DNA of 24,000 bases from Thermodesulfobacteriota bacterium B35 (GCA_046599375.1 JBKIWM010000002.1:503001-527000), one strand, 5' to 3'. Shown: positions 9,125 through 17,878, numbered from the stretch's first letter. Made by a program: numbers and translations. Notes: generated from the letters alone by a model not told the origin.

Positions 9125-9883
9125 ATGACCAAAGTAATCGCCATGGCCGGCAAGGGCGGCACCGGCAAGACCACCCTCTCCGCCCTGCTCATCAGATACC
9201 TGACGACCCGGGGCATGACCCCGGTCCTGGCCGTCGATGCCGACGCCAACGCCAATCTCAACGAACTCCTCGATCTCGATGTCCATACCACCCTCGGCGA
9301 GATCCGCCGGCAGATCAAGGGAGAGATCCCGCCGGGCATGACCCGTGACCAGTTCATGGAGATGAAGATCCATCAGGCCCTGGTGGAGGAGTCGGGCTTT
9401 GACCTGATGGTCATGGGCCAGCCCGACGGACCGGGCTGCTACTGCGCCGCCAACCAGTACCTGGCCATGACCATGGACAAACTGGCGGAAAACTACCGGT
9501 TCATCATCGTTGACAACGAGGCCGGCATGGAGCACCTGAGCAGGATGAACCTGCGCTCCATCGACCACCTGCTCATCGTCTCCGATCCCTCGGCCCGGGG
9601 CATCCTCACGGCGCGCCGCATCGCCGACATCACCGGCCCGCTGCAGCTCGAGGTCAGAAAGCGCTGGCTGATCGTCAACCGTGCGCCCGACCCCGTCCCC
9701 CCGGCCCTGCAGGAGAAGATCGATGCCGCGGTGCGCGAGGCCGACCTGCCCCTGGCCGGTATCATCCCGGCCAGTGACGAACTGGTCAACCAGGAACTGC
9801 GGGGTGAATCCTATCTCCGCCTGCCGGAGGAAAGCCCGGTGGTCCGGCAGTCCACGGCCATCTTTGACACCATCTTTGCCTGA
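9125..9883 (+). CDS. CooC/AcsF-type MinD-superfamily ATPase (putative Ni-insertion accessory protein)
   Basis: Deviant Walker A GKGGTGKTT at residues 9-17 and a CxC metal-bridging motif (GPGCYCAAN). At 252 aa it is the typical CooC size. Confidence 0.7.
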   Translation: MTKVIAMAGKGGTGKTTLSALLIRYLTTRGMTPVLAVDADANANLNELLDLDVHTTLGEIRRQIKGEIPPGMTRDQFMEMKIHQALVEESGFDLMVMGQPDGPGCYCAANQYLAMTMDKLAENYRFIIVDNEAGMEHLSRMNLRSIDHLLIVSDPSARGILTARRIADITGPLQLEVRKRWLIVNRAPDPVPPALQEKIDAAVREADLPLAGIIPASDELVNQELRGESYLRLPEESPVVRQSTAIFDTIFA

Positions 9884-9920
9884 GCAATCTCCCGTCTTCA
9901 CTTCAGCAGGAAACCATGCG

Positions 9921-10661
9921 ATGACAGCAAACAGCCCCCGGGTCATGGTGGAGCTGATCAAGGTCAGCAAGACCTATCCGCCCAGTGTCCACGCCCTGCA
10001 GGATGTCTCTTTAAGTGTGCGCAGCGGCGAGATGCTTTTTCTCACCGGCAAAAGCGGCGCCGGCAAAACCACCCTCCTGCGGCTGCTCTGCCGGAGCGAG
10101 GTCCCGGACAAGGGACTGGTGGAGGTGGCCGGCCAGGACCTGGAGCGGATCTCCGGCAGCGGTCTGCAGCAGCTCAGGCGCAGGATCGGCATGGCCTACC
10201 AGGACTTCCGGCTGCTGCCCCGCCATACTGTGGCGCAAAATATCGCCCTGGCCATGGAGGTGGCCTACAGGAAACCATCCTTTATCCGCAAACGGACCAG
10301 GGAACTGCTGGAAAGACTGCGCCTGTCCGACAAGTACCACACGCCAGCCGGCGAGCTATCGCGTGGCGAACAGCAGCGCATCGCCATTGCCCGCGCCCTG
10401 GCCAACAGACCGGACCTGGTCCTGGCCGACGAGCCCACCGGCAACCTGGACCGGGAGACCAGCACCCTGGTGATGGAACTCTTTCGTGAGCATGAGGAGC
10501 AGGGCGCCACTCTCATCATTGCCACCCACGACCGGGAGCTCTTTGATGATGGTGGCCACAGGGTGGTCGAACTGTGGGACGGACGACTGCTGGCACCGGA
10601 GGACGGGGAGGACACAGGCTCCGGGGATGCATCTCTGCAGAGCGAGGAGGCAGACCAGTGA
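9921..10661 (+). CDS. ftsE: cell-division ABC transporter ATP-binding protein FtsE
   Basis: Walker [10 protein letters not shown], signature [15 protein letters not shown] and Walker [19 protein letters not shown] lies 7 nt before ATG 9921. The track ORF start at 9681 overlaps the cooC-like gene and is rejected. Confidence 0.9.
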   Translation: MTANSPRVMVELIKVSKTYPPSVHALQDVSLSVRSGEMLFLTGKSGAGKTTLLRLLCRSEVPDKGLVEVAGQDLERISGSGLQQLRRRIGMAYQDFRLLPRHTVAQNIALAMEVAYRKPSFIRKRTRELLERLRLSDKYHTPAGELSRGEQQRIAIARALANRPDLVLADEPTGNLDRETSTLVMELFREHEEQGATLIIATHDRELFDDGGHRVVELWDGRLLAPEDGEDTGSGDASLQSEEADQ

Positions 10662-11545
10662 ACTTCCTGCGCGCCATCATCGGCCAGACCCTGCGCAACC
10701 TGCGCCGGACCTGGAGTTCCCAGGCCCTGACCCTGCTGACCATCACCCTGTCGGTGCTGATCTTCTCCTTCTTCTTCCTCATCTATATCAATATGATCAA
10801 CGCAGGAAGGCACATGGGAGACAACCTGCGGCTCATCGTCTACCTGGACGAGGAGCCGGGCAAATCCCTGCAGGATGAATATCGCCGCAAGATCCTCAAG
10901 TTCGACCGGGTGGAAAGGATAGAGTTCGTCTCTTCCCGCCAGGCCTATGAACGGTTCCGCAAGCAGCTCGGCCATGACCAGGATGTGCTCGAGGGCATGC
11001 CCAGGAACTTCCTGCCTCCGTCCATCGAGGTCTATCCCATCCGTTCTCTGGCCACCCTGACCAGGATCAAGCGGTTTTCCGACTACCTGCAGACCCTGCC
11101 CGGCGTGCTCAAAGTCCAGTATGGCAGGGAATGGATCGACCGTTTCTACTCCTTTGTCAAGCTGATGCGGGTGGTGGTCATCCTCTCCGGCCTGCTGCTC
11201 CTCCTGACCACCACCTTCATGGTCGCCCATACCATCCGACTGACCCTCTGTTCCCGTGAGCGCGAACTGGAGCTGCTGCGGCTGCTCGGGGCCTCCAACC
11301 AGTATATCCGGGCGCCCTTCTTTCTGGAAGGCGCCCTGCAGGGACTGGTGGGGTCAATCTGCGGCCTGGCTGCTCTCTATGTCTTCTTTGACTGGTTCAG
11401 GCTGCGTTTTGCCGGTACGGCGGTGCTCAACCTGTTCCCGTTCACCTTTTTTCCGATACCGGTGGTGCTGACCATCATCACGGCGGCCACCCTCCTCTGC
11501 GCCGGCGGCAGTTTCTTTTCCACCAGGCGTATCACAAGACTATGA
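10658..11545 (+). CDS. ftsX: cell-division permease-like protein FtsX
   Basis: The GTG start overlaps the ftsE stop (GTGA). The protein has an N-terminal TM helix, a large periplasmic loop and three C-terminal TM helices. Synteny is ftsE-ftsX-envC. Confidence 0.88.
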   Translation: MNFLRAIIGQTLRNLRRTWSSQALTLLTITLSVLIFSFFFLIYINMINAGRHMGDNLRLIVYLDEEPGKSLQDEYRRKILKFDRVERIEFVSSRQAYERFRKQLGHDQDVLEGMPRNFLPPSIEVYPIRSLATLTRIKRFSDYLQTLPGVLKVQYGREWIDRFYSFVKLMRVVVILSGLLLLLTTTFMVAHTIRLTLCSRERELELLRLLGASNQYIRAPFFLEGALQGLVGSICGLAALYVFFDWFRLRFAGTAVLNLFPFTFFPIPVVLTIITAATLLCAGGSFFSTRRITRL

Positions 11546-12750
11546 ACCCGGCCAGGTTTTCACCACTCCCGCTGTTTCTGCTCCTCATCTGTGGCCTGAC
11601 CGCTGTCGCCGCGACACAGCCACCTGAAGGGGAACAACCCTATAGCCGGTACCGGATCTCCATCGGCAGGCTGCGCAGCGAGATCCGCAGCCACCAGGAG
11701 AAGATCCGGCGCAGCGGCGCCCGGGAGCTCTCCCTGCTTGACGAAATCCAGGGGATCGACCATAGAATCGCGGAGGAAAAAGAAAAGATCCATGCCCTGC
11801 AGGAGCGGTTGCAGGTCCAGGAAGAGATCCTGGCGAAAAAGACCAGGGTTCTCGACCAGGTGCGGGCAGAGGAGGAAAAGGTCCGCCTTCACCTGCAGAC
11901 ACGGCTCAGGGCATTCTACCTCATGGGCCCCACAGGGTTTCTCAATGTTGTCTTCTCCCGGCACAGCCTGCCTGAGCTGGTCCTGTTCGATGACTCCTTC
12001 CGGCTCCTGCTCAAGCATGACCGGGCCACCATCGATTCCTACCGTACCGCCATCGCCCGGCTGCACAGGGCCATGGCCGCCCAGGAGCTTGAAAAATCCG
12101 TACTTGAGGATTTCATCCGCCAGGCCGATGAAGAAAAGGAGAAGCTGGCCGCGGCCCGGCGGGATAAGGAGGAACTGCTGCAGCGCATCAGGACCAGAAA
12201 GGGCCTCTACACACTGGCGGTCCGGGAGATGCGGAAGGCAGAGACCGAACTGGCCAGCACCCTGACCACCCTGAGAAGAAAGGAGAAGAGCCGGCAGCGC
12301 GGTTTTCTCCTCAACCGGGGCCGACTGATGCCGCCGGTACAGGGAAGGCTGGTGCGCGGGTTCGGCCGCAAGGACGGCAACACCGCCCTGACCAACGGTA
12401 TCATCATTGATGCTCCTGACCAAACTCCTGTACGGGCAATCTATCCCGGCAGAATACTTTTTTCCGGTTACATGCGGGGCTATGGCAACATGATCATCAT
12501 CGACCATGGCCTCCAGTACTTCACCATCACGGCCAGGCTGGAAAAACGGCTCAAAGATGAGGGTGAGCAGGTCGAAGCCGGTGAAGTGATCGGCATGACC
12601 GGAGATATCGCCACCCTGTTCGATCCGGGCATCTATTTCGAGATCCGGCATGGGGCAAAATCCCTGGATCCGCTCAAGTGGCTGGTGCCCGGGGCCTACA
12701 GCCGGCCTGCCTCTGCACCGGCCACCGGACCGGAAGGGGAACAGGAGTGA
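11542..12750 (+). CDS. envC: murein hydrolase activator EnvC-like (coiled coil + degenerate LytM/M23 domain)
   Basis: ATGA overlap with ftsX. The protein has a signal peptide, long heptad-rich coiled coils and a C-terminal M23 fold lacking the HxxxD and HxH metal ligands (TNGIIIDAP, IYFEIRHG). Confidence 0.85.
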   Translation: MNPARFSPLPLFLLLICGLTAVAATQPPEGEQPYSRYRISIGRLRSEIRSHQEKIRRSGARELSLLDEIQGIDHRIAEEKEKIHALQERLQVQEEILAKKTRVLDQVRAEEEKVRLHLQTRLRAFYLMGPTGFLNVVFSRHSLPELVLFDDSFRLLLKHDRATIDSYRTAIARLHRAMAAQELEKSVLEDFIRQADEEKEKLAAARRDKEELLQRIRTRKGLYTLAVREMRKAETELASTLTTLRRKEKSRQRGFLLNRGRLMPPVQGRLVRGFGRKDGNTALTNGIIIDAPDQTPVRAIYPGRILFSGYMRGYGNMIIIDHGLQYFTITARLEKRLKDEGEQVEAGEVIGMTGDIATLFDPGIYFEIRHGAKSLDPLKWLVPGAYSRPASAPATGPEGEQE

Positions 12751-12869
12751 GTTGCTGTCTTCGCGTAAACCCGGCCTGGCCGGACCATGATTTTTTTGTC
12801 GCAGCCAAAATACACTATGAAAACATTGAAAATCAGACAGATACCATCAGGCCACAGGCAGGAGACTGC

Positions 12870-12911
12870 CCTGTCACCTGGTACCTGGTGCCTGCCCCCT
12901 GTCTCCTGATT
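12870..12911 (+). repeat. CCTGNNN heptamer array 2 (CCTGTCA CCTGGTA CCTGGTG CCTGCCC CCTGTCT CCTGATT)
   Basis: Six units in perfect 7-nt register, ending 20 nt before the ctpA ATG. Shares the exact 18-mer with array 1. Confidence 0.8.
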
Positions 12912-12931
12912 TCAGCGCCGAGAATCCTGCC

Positions 12932-14311
12932 ATGAAACAGCTTATCTTTCTCTGTTCTCTTCTCCTGGTTCTCTCCACCATCCCGGTGCGGGCTGAGAAA
13001 ACTGCCGCAGACAGCAGTGAACAACAGCAGCAGACGATCTACCGCAACCTGGAGACCTTTGCCAATGTGCTGACGCTTCTGCAGCAGCACTATGTCGACG
13101 AGATCGATACCCGGAAGGTGATCATCGGTGCCATCAACGGCATGCTCACCTCACTCGATCCCCATTCGGCCTACATGCCGCCCGAGGACTTCAAGGAACT
13201 GCAGGAGGAAACCAAGGGCAGTTTCAGCGGCATCGGTATCGAGATCACCATCCGCGACGGCGTGCTGACAGCGGTCTCGCCCATCGAGGGCACGCCGGCA
13301 TTTGCGGCCGGCATCCAGGCCGGTGACCAGATCATCCGCATCAATGGCGAATTGACCAAATCCATGACCCTCATGGATGCGGTAAAGAAACTGCGGGGCA
13401 AAAAGGGGACCAAGGTCACTCTTACCATTCACCGCCAAGGATGGCCCGAGCCCAGGGATTTTGTCCTTGTCCGTGACGTCATCCCGCTCCACTCTGTACG
13501 GACCATGCCGCTTGAGCCGGGTCTGCTCTATGCCCGGATCACCAACTTTCAGGCCAATACCACCCGCGATTTTATCAGGGCACTGCGCAGGGCAGGGAAA
13601 AAACATCCGGTTAAGGGTCTGCTCCTTGACCTGCGCGATAATCCCGGCGGCCTGCTGGACCAGGCGGTCAAGGTGGCGGACGTCTTTATCGACAAGGGTA
13701 TCATCGTCTCCACCCGGGGCCGCGATCCGGAACAGAACATGAGCTTTAAGGCACACAAAGGCAACAGGAAGTATCATTTTCCCATGGTGGTCCTTGTCAA
13801 CGGCGGTTCGGCCAGCGCCTCGGAGATCGTGGCCGGTGCCCTTCAGGATCATCGGCGGGCGATCATCATCGGCACCGAGACCTTTGGCAAGGGCTCGGTG
13901 CAGACCATTATCCCCATGCCCAACGGTGCCGGTATCCGTCTCACCACTGCCCGCTACTACACGCCCAGCGGCAGGTCCATCCAGGAGACCGGTATCCGGC
14001 CGGATGTCGTGGTGCCGTTCCGGGAACCGGCAGCAACGGAGAAAACAGCCAGGCAGTGGTCGATCCGGGAAAAGGATCTTCCCCACCATTTCCGAAATGA
14101 TGGTGACAATGCGGTGAAGAATGGCGGTAAGGGCACCGGGAATGCGGAGTCAGCGGGAAAAACAAAAAAAATCCGTGAGCGGCTTGCCCGGGACAACCAG
14201 TTGCGGACTGCCTATATCATTCTCAAGAGCCTCAATATCGTGCTCCATGAGGATGCGGCAGCGCCGAAACAGTCCAGCGGTGATGGCCAGGCCAGGAGGA
14301 ACGGCAGCTAA
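12932..14311 (+). CDS. ctpA: carboxy-terminal processing protease (S41 family, PDZ domain)
   Basis: Signal peptide, PDZ region (GIGIEI..GTPAFAAGIQAGDQIIRING), catalytic Ser context GGSASASEIVAGALQD and Lys context TFGKGSVQT. Confidence 0.92.
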   Translation: MKQLIFLCSLLLVLSTIPVRAEKTAADSSEQQQQTIYRNLETFANVLTLLQQHYVDEIDTRKVIIGAINGMLTSLDPHSAYMPPEDFKELQEETKGSFSGIGIEITIRDGVLTAVSPIEGTPAFAAGIQAGDQIIRINGELTKSMTLMDAVKKLRGKKGTKVTLTIHRQGWPEPRDFVLVRDVIPLHSVRTMPLEPGLLYARITNFQANTTRDFIRALRRAGKKHPVKGLLLDLRDNPGGLLDQAVKVADVFIDKGIIVSTRGRDPEQNMSFKAHKGNRKYHFPMVVLVNGGSASASEIVAGALQDHRRAIIIGTETFGKGSVQTIIPMPNGAGIRLTTARYYTPSGRSIQETGIRPDVVVPFREPAATEKTARQWSIREKDLPHHFRNDGDNAVKNGGKGTGNAESAGKTKKIRERLARDNQLRTAYIILKSLNIVLHEDAAAPKQSSGDGQARRNGS

Positions 14312-14363
14312 CCCCTCACAGTAAGCGCTCACAGGAGCCGCACGGAGTCTTCACTTACCTCTT

Positions 14364-14442
14364 TGCACGGTCGTGCCTGCCCGCACAGGTAGGCTATCGG
14401 AGTCTCCCCGCGGTCGCTTACCTGCGGCCAGGCACGCCTGCA
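14364..14442 (-). repeat. apex-conserved hairpin, copy 3 (imperfect, inverted relative to copy 2, with a ~26-nt insertion in the apex)
   Basis: The minus strand reads cctgGCCGC-[AGGTAAGCGACCGCGGGGAGACTCCG]-ATAGCCTAC-CTGT-GCGGGcagg. Copy 2 reads cctgGCCGC-TATAGCCTAC-TAT-GCGGGcagg. The flanking arms (GTGCCTG..CAGGTA / TACCTG..CAGGCAC) pair with bulges. Confidence 0.6.
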
Positions 14443-14466
14443 CAAATCCTCTACAAAAGATGGACC

Positions 14467-14612
14467 CGTAAAAAGTCCGTCACACTCTAAAGATGGCTCA
14501 GCAGAAAAGTTCGATATACAAGGCGTAGCGGTGTCGGCCAGGCGGAGGGGTACATGGAGTACGTCGAGCATTGGCCGTACCCGCTACAACGCAGCAGATC
14601 GGACTTTTTGCG
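14467..14612. repeat. 146-nt compound inverted repeat in the ctpA/hgcB convergent spacer
   Basis: The outer stem CGTAAAAAGTCCG (14467-14479) / CGGACTTTTTGCG (14600-14612) pairs at 12 of 13 positions plus one G:U. The inner stem GCGTAGCGGTGTCGGCC / GGCCGTACCCGCTAC has a 3-nt internal loop. Confidence 0.5.
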
Positions 14613-14637
14613 ACGCCATCACAAAAGGCGCAGATAT

Positions 14638-14673
14638 TTCAAGGCAGCTGCCGAAAGCGGTGAACGGTGACAA
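14638..14673 (-). repeat. 27-nt box, copy G (minus strand: TTGTCACC-GTTCACCGCTTTCGGCAGCTGCCTTGAA)
   Basis: Begins ~26 nt after the hgcB stop and is preceded by CCTCTTT CCTGTCT CCTTTGT heptamers. Its first 22 nt match copy H at 20 of 22 positions. Confidence 0.8.
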
Positions 14674-14699
14674 AGGAGACAGGAAAGAGGGCAACGGGT

Positions 14700-14981
14700 T
14701 CAGCAGCAGGGACCCTCGATGCCGAGCAGCTCGTTGATCACCCCCCGGACGCAGCCCTCGCCGGCTTCGACCGTGATGGCGCCGGCCGGGCAGTTGCGCA
14801 TGCAGGCGCCGCATTCCATGCAGTGGTTCCTGGCCACCATGTCAGCCCTGCCCCGCTGCAGCGCAAACACCTGGTGCGGACAGACGGTCACGCACATGCC
14901 ACAGCCGATACAGCGGTTGCGGTCATAGGCCAGACTGACCACATCTTCAAGATACGTCAGCTCAGACATCTGGTGAGTCAT
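14700..14981 (-). CDS. hgcB: HgcB, 2[4Fe-4S] ferredoxin of the mercury-methylation pair
   Basis: 93 aa with two CxxCxxCxxxCP motifs (CIGCGMCVTVCP, CMECGACMRNCP), an additional conserved-position Cys (GEGCVRG) and a C-terminal vicinal CC (..GPCC). AAGGAGGA lies 11 nt upstream of the ATG. The gene is directly downstream of hgcA. Confidence 0.88.
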   Translation of the reverse strand: MTHQMSELTYLEDVVSLAYDRNRCIGCGMCVTVCPHQVFALQRGRADMVARNHCMECGACMRNCPAGAITVEAGEGCVRGVINELLGIEGPCC

Positions 14982-15013
14982 CCTCCTTGAAAAATAGTAA
15001 AAGTATCTGTCTT

Positions 15014-15040
15014 TTCAGGTGGTTGTCCATGGCGTCGGCC
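15014..15040 (-). repeat. 27-nt box, copy F (diverged; minus strand GGCCGACGCCATGGACAACCACCTGAA + AAGACAGATACTTTT)
   Basis: Occupies the 66-nt hgcA-hgcB spacer. Matches copy A at 18 of 27 box positions, plus a shared 3' extension (A: AAAGAGCGATACTTTT). Confidence 0.6.
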
Positions 15041-15047
15041 TATCAGG

Positions 15048-16178
15048 TTACGAAAAAAGCGCCGTCAGCCACAGGCCGAGGCCGATGATCAGGGCCGCGG
15101 CCTGCAGTGGAATGGCCCGCAGCATCTCCCTGCGGACGCCACCGGGTGAAGTGTAGGTCGTGGCTCCGGTGAAGGCCATGGCGAACCAGGAGGCGATGGT
15201 CAGGGTGACCAGCAGCAGGGCCATGCTTTCCATCAGTCCCTGTTCCGGCCACCGGTGCCGAAGGAAACCGAAGATACCGGCAAAACAGACCAGACCTGTC
15301 AACACGCCCTTGCCGCTGAAGGAGCGGCCGGGAATCCAGGGCAGCAGCAGGGGCGTCATCACGGTCCCTGCCAGGATGCCGGCCAGCACGGCCAGGGCCA
15401 TGGGCAGGCCATGCACCTCCACGGCGCGACCATAGGCAAGATTCCGTGCCAGTCCGGAGACAGCCAGCAGGACAAGGATGAGGGGCAACCCGACCCTGAG
15501 GGCCTGCATCACTTCCACCGGGACCAGAACCAGCCGTTCAGACAGTGGAAAATCTTTGACCCGCATCCCCGGTTCTGCCCTGCAACCGTTGTCCAGGAAA
15601 CGGGGCAGATCCGAGGCCATGACCGGACCGTAGATCACCCTGAAGCCGGAATGGCGTCGGATTTCGTGTGCCGCCAGGCCGGGAGCCCCGAGCTGGGGCA
15701 CGATCAGGCGCCGGTGGCTGACCACCTCCTCCAGCCTGGAGGCCTGGATCCGGTCCAGCAGTTCCAGGGTGCCGAAGGTCCCCTTGCCGGCCGCGCACCA
15801 GACATTGATTCCCTTTGTATCCAGGACCAGTATCCACAGATCGCGGCCCGGCAGGGCACTGCGCAGAACATCGAAGCTCATTTTGTAATTTGCGCTCACC
15901 AGGACCGGGCTGTGCTCATCGGGCCGGCCCAGGGCATAAAGGCCGGGCTCGACAGTGAAATGCATGCGGCCGATATTCCAGCGCGCCAGCCAGCTTCCCA
16001 GCCGGTCGCGCAAATTCAGCCCGGCACGGACCTGTGGCACCTTGCCCACCGGAGTGGTCAGGGTGCCGCGGACAAAAGGCTGGTCCGGCGAGGGCAGCCG
16101 AAAAGTGACCTCTCCTGCCCCCGGCCTGGCCACAGGCAGGAAGCGGAGCTGGCCGGAAGCTGAAGGAGTGATGGTCAT
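15048..16178 (-). CDS. hgcA: HgcA, corrinoid-binding membrane protein of the mercury-methylation pair
   Basis: 377 aa with the cap-helix signature GINVWCAAGKGTFG (Cys128; codon at 15795-15797) in a CFeSP-like domain. About 5 C-terminal TM helices follow. The ATG at 16178 overlaps the upstream permease stop (ATGA). The 422-aa track ORF start is rejected. Confidence 0.9.
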   Translation of the reverse strand: MTITPSASGQLRFLPVARPGAGEVTFRLPSPDQPFVRGTLTTPVGKVPQVRAGLNLRDRLGSWLARWNIGRMHFTVEPGLYALGRPDEHSPVLVSANYKMSFDVLRSALPGRDLWILVLDTKGINVWCAAGKGTFGTLELLDRIQASRLEEVVSHRRLIVPQLGAPGLAAHEIRRHSGFRVIYGPVMASDLPRFLDNGCRAEPGMRVKDFPLSERLVLVPVEVMQALRVGLPLILVLLAVSGLARNLAYGRAVEVHGLPMALAVLAGILAGTVMTPLLLPWIPGRSFSGKGVLTGLVCFAGIFGFLRHRWPEQGLMESMALLLVTLTIASWFAMAFTGATTYTSPGGVRREMLRAIPLQAAALIIGLGLWLTALFS

Positions 16179-17404
16179 TTTTCGCTCTTTTTGCCGAGGT
16201 CCGACAACGGCTGCAGGGGCACAGGATGTTCGCTGCCACAGCCGCAGGTGTCGTGATGGTGATCCTGGTGACGGCCATGATGTTCGTGGCCGGATGCGCA
16301 GGAACCCGAGAAACATCCGCAGCCCTCGCCGGCAAACCTTTTCCTGACAATGGCGGCCAGCGGCTGTACCGAGAGCAGCAGGAGAACAATGGTCGCACCC
16401 AGCATCAGCCAGGCAGGCAGGACCTCGGCGGCCTGGCCGACAACAGCGGTGGCCGAGATACCAAGACCCAGGTAGATCACATCGACGATCAGGCCGCAGA
16501 TCACACTGACCACGGCGATGGAGGCAAGATAGAGCCCGGTGGCGCTCCTGCCCAGGATCCCCAGCAGCACGGAGAGCGAGGTGACATTGGTCGCCGGGCC
16601 CACCAGGAGGAAGACCAGGGCCGTGCCAGGGCTGACCCCCTTGAGGATCAGGGCGGCGGCAATGGGGGTGGAGGCGGTGGCGCAGATGTAGAGGGGAATG
16701 CCGAAGGCGAGCATCAGCAGCATGGAACCGATGCCGCCCCCCAGGTAGTGCGAGATCATGTCGTCGGGCACCAGGACGGTGATGACCCCGGCAAGGAGAA
16801 TACCGACAAAGAACCAGCCGACCAGGTCGGCCCAGATATCGGTGACCGCGAAACGGACCCCGGCAAACAGCTTTTCGGTCATGGAATGGTGGTGCCGGTG
16901 CACCTCGGGAGGACAGTCCGCACCGTCGCAGCAGTTGTCGATGGGACAGCGCAGGTCGGGCTGCACCCTGTCCGCGGCTTCGGGCGGATGGAGAAAGTTC
17001 TCCCCCACCCCGGCCACAAAGGCGGAAACAAAGGCGGCCACCGGCCGGGCAATGGTCATGATCGGGTCAAGCAGGGCCCAGGTGATGGAGATGGAATCCA
17101 CGCCCGACTCCGGTGTGGAGATGAGAAAGGCAGTGGTGGCGCCATTGTTGGCGCCCTGTTTCTTGAGCGAGGCCGCTGCCGGCAGTACACCGCAGGAACA
17201 GAGCGGAATAGGTATGCCGAACAGGGCCGCCTTGAAGACCGAACTGAACCGGCCGCTGCCGAGATGACTGGCAATGTAGGCCGGCGACATGAAAACCTTG
17301 AGCAGGCCGCCGACCAGCAGGCCGAAGAGGATATAGAGTGAGGCGTCCTGCAGAAGCTGCCAGGATTCGGCCAGGACATCGGTCAGGAAGGTGATGATGG
17401 TCAT
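16175..17404 (-). CDS. PF03773/COG0701 permease (ArsP / SO_0444-like metal(loid) transporter) with a Cys/His-rich C-terminal tail
   Basis: 409-aa polytopic membrane protein with the vicinal-Cys motif GIPIPLCSCGVLPAAASL followed by ISTPESGVDSI. It has a central CPIDNCCDGADCPPEVHRHHH loop and the C-terminus GCGCFSGSCASGHEHHGRHQDHHHDTCGCGSEH. GGGAG lies 5 nt before the ATG. Confidence 0.8.
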   Translation of the reverse strand: MTIITFLTDVLAESWQLLQDASLYILFGLLVGGLLKVFMSPAYIASHLGSGRFSSVFKAALFGIPIPLCSCGVLPAAASLKKQGANNGATTAFLISTPESGVDSISITWALLDPIMTIARPVAAFVSAFVAGVGENFLHPPEAADRVQPDLRCPIDNCCDGADCPPEVHRHHHSMTEKLFAGVRFAVTDIWADLVGWFFVGILLAGVITVLVPDDMISHYLGGGIGSMLLMLAFGIPLYICATASTPIAAALILKGVSPGTALVFLLVGPATNVTSLSVLLGILGRSATGLYLASIAVVSVICGLIVDVIYLGLGISATAVVGQAAEVLPAWLMLGATIVLLLLSVQPLAAIVRKRFAGEGCGCFSGSCASGHEHHGRHQDHHHDTCGCGSEHPVPLQPLSDLGKKSEK

Positions 17405-17406
17405 GA

Positions 17407-17766
17407 TTACTCCCGTATATGTTCCAGGGCCAGCTCCATGAGCCGGTGAACATGGTCGTCGCTGAGCCGATAGTAGAGGACCGGTCCCTGGCGTCGGTTG
17501 ACGACAAGATGGAGCTGACGGAGGAGACGCAACTGATGGCTCACCGCCGACTCACTGATTCCGAGAAATCGGGCCAGGTCGCAGACACACATCTCGTCCT
17601 CCTGCAGGGCCCGCAGGATGCGCAACCGGTTGGGATCCCCCATGGCCTTGAACAGTTGCGCCATGGCACTGTTCTCGCTCTCGGCCAGAGACGACGCCAG
17701 GGCGCGATCAATACGATCCTGGTGGATACAGCGGCATGCGCACCGGTCTTCAGGGATCTTTTTCAT
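17407..17766 (-). CDS. arsR: ArsR/SmtB-family metalloregulator (CadC-like alpha3N thiolate type)
   Basis: Winged-HTH core (LFKAMGDPNRLRILRAL..EMCVCDLARFLGISESAVSHQLRLLR) with a CVC motif in alpha3 and an N-terminal CACRC cluster. The stop TAA lies 2 nt before the permease ATG. There is no obvious SD; an alternative start is ATG 17664. Confidence 0.85.
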   Translation of the reverse strand: MKKIPEDRCACRCIHQDRIDRALASSLAESENSAMAQLFKAMGDPNRLRILRALQEDEMCVCDLARFLGISESAVSHQLRLLRQLHLVVNRRQGPVLYYRLSDDHVHRLMELALEHIRE

Positions 17767-17794
17767 GGTGTGCGAAAGCGGTGAACTGTTACAA
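17767..17794 (-). repeat. 27-nt box, copy H (minus strand TTGTAACA-GTTCACCGCTTTCGCACACC, abutting the arsR ATG)
   Basis: The 14-nt core GTTCACCGCTTTCG is identical to copy G, and 20 of 22 positions match when the 8 upstream nt are included. Confidence 0.75.
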
Positions 17795-17878
17795 TTTCTT
17801 GCGATATGTACGGTTGTTGCCAGTGACGGCGCACCATTGCCAACTGTTATGGCCGGTCTGCCATGGACGGGCATGTTT

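Noticed and set aside
12765-12797. Terminator after envC (CCGGCCTGGCCGG followed by TTTTTTT)
   Set aside because: The usable stem is only ~4 bp once a minimal loop is allowed, and the T-run lies 8 nt away. This is too weak to call, and ctpA is probably co-transcribed.
14329-14571. 80-aa minus-strand ORF downstream of hgcB as a possible third hgc gene
   Set aside because: The ORF is composed of the nested palindromic repeats. It has no RBS and no motif content, and it starts inside an inverted-repeat arm.
16179-16316. 46-codon N-terminal extension of hgcA (422-aa version), and likewise 8877-8954 for the HAD gene, 9681-9920 for ftsE, 10574-10657 for ftsX and 17767-17874 for arsR
   Set aside because: The extensions overlap the preceding gene or regulatory and repeat DNA. 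Internal starts give canonical N-termini, RBSs or start/stop coupling.
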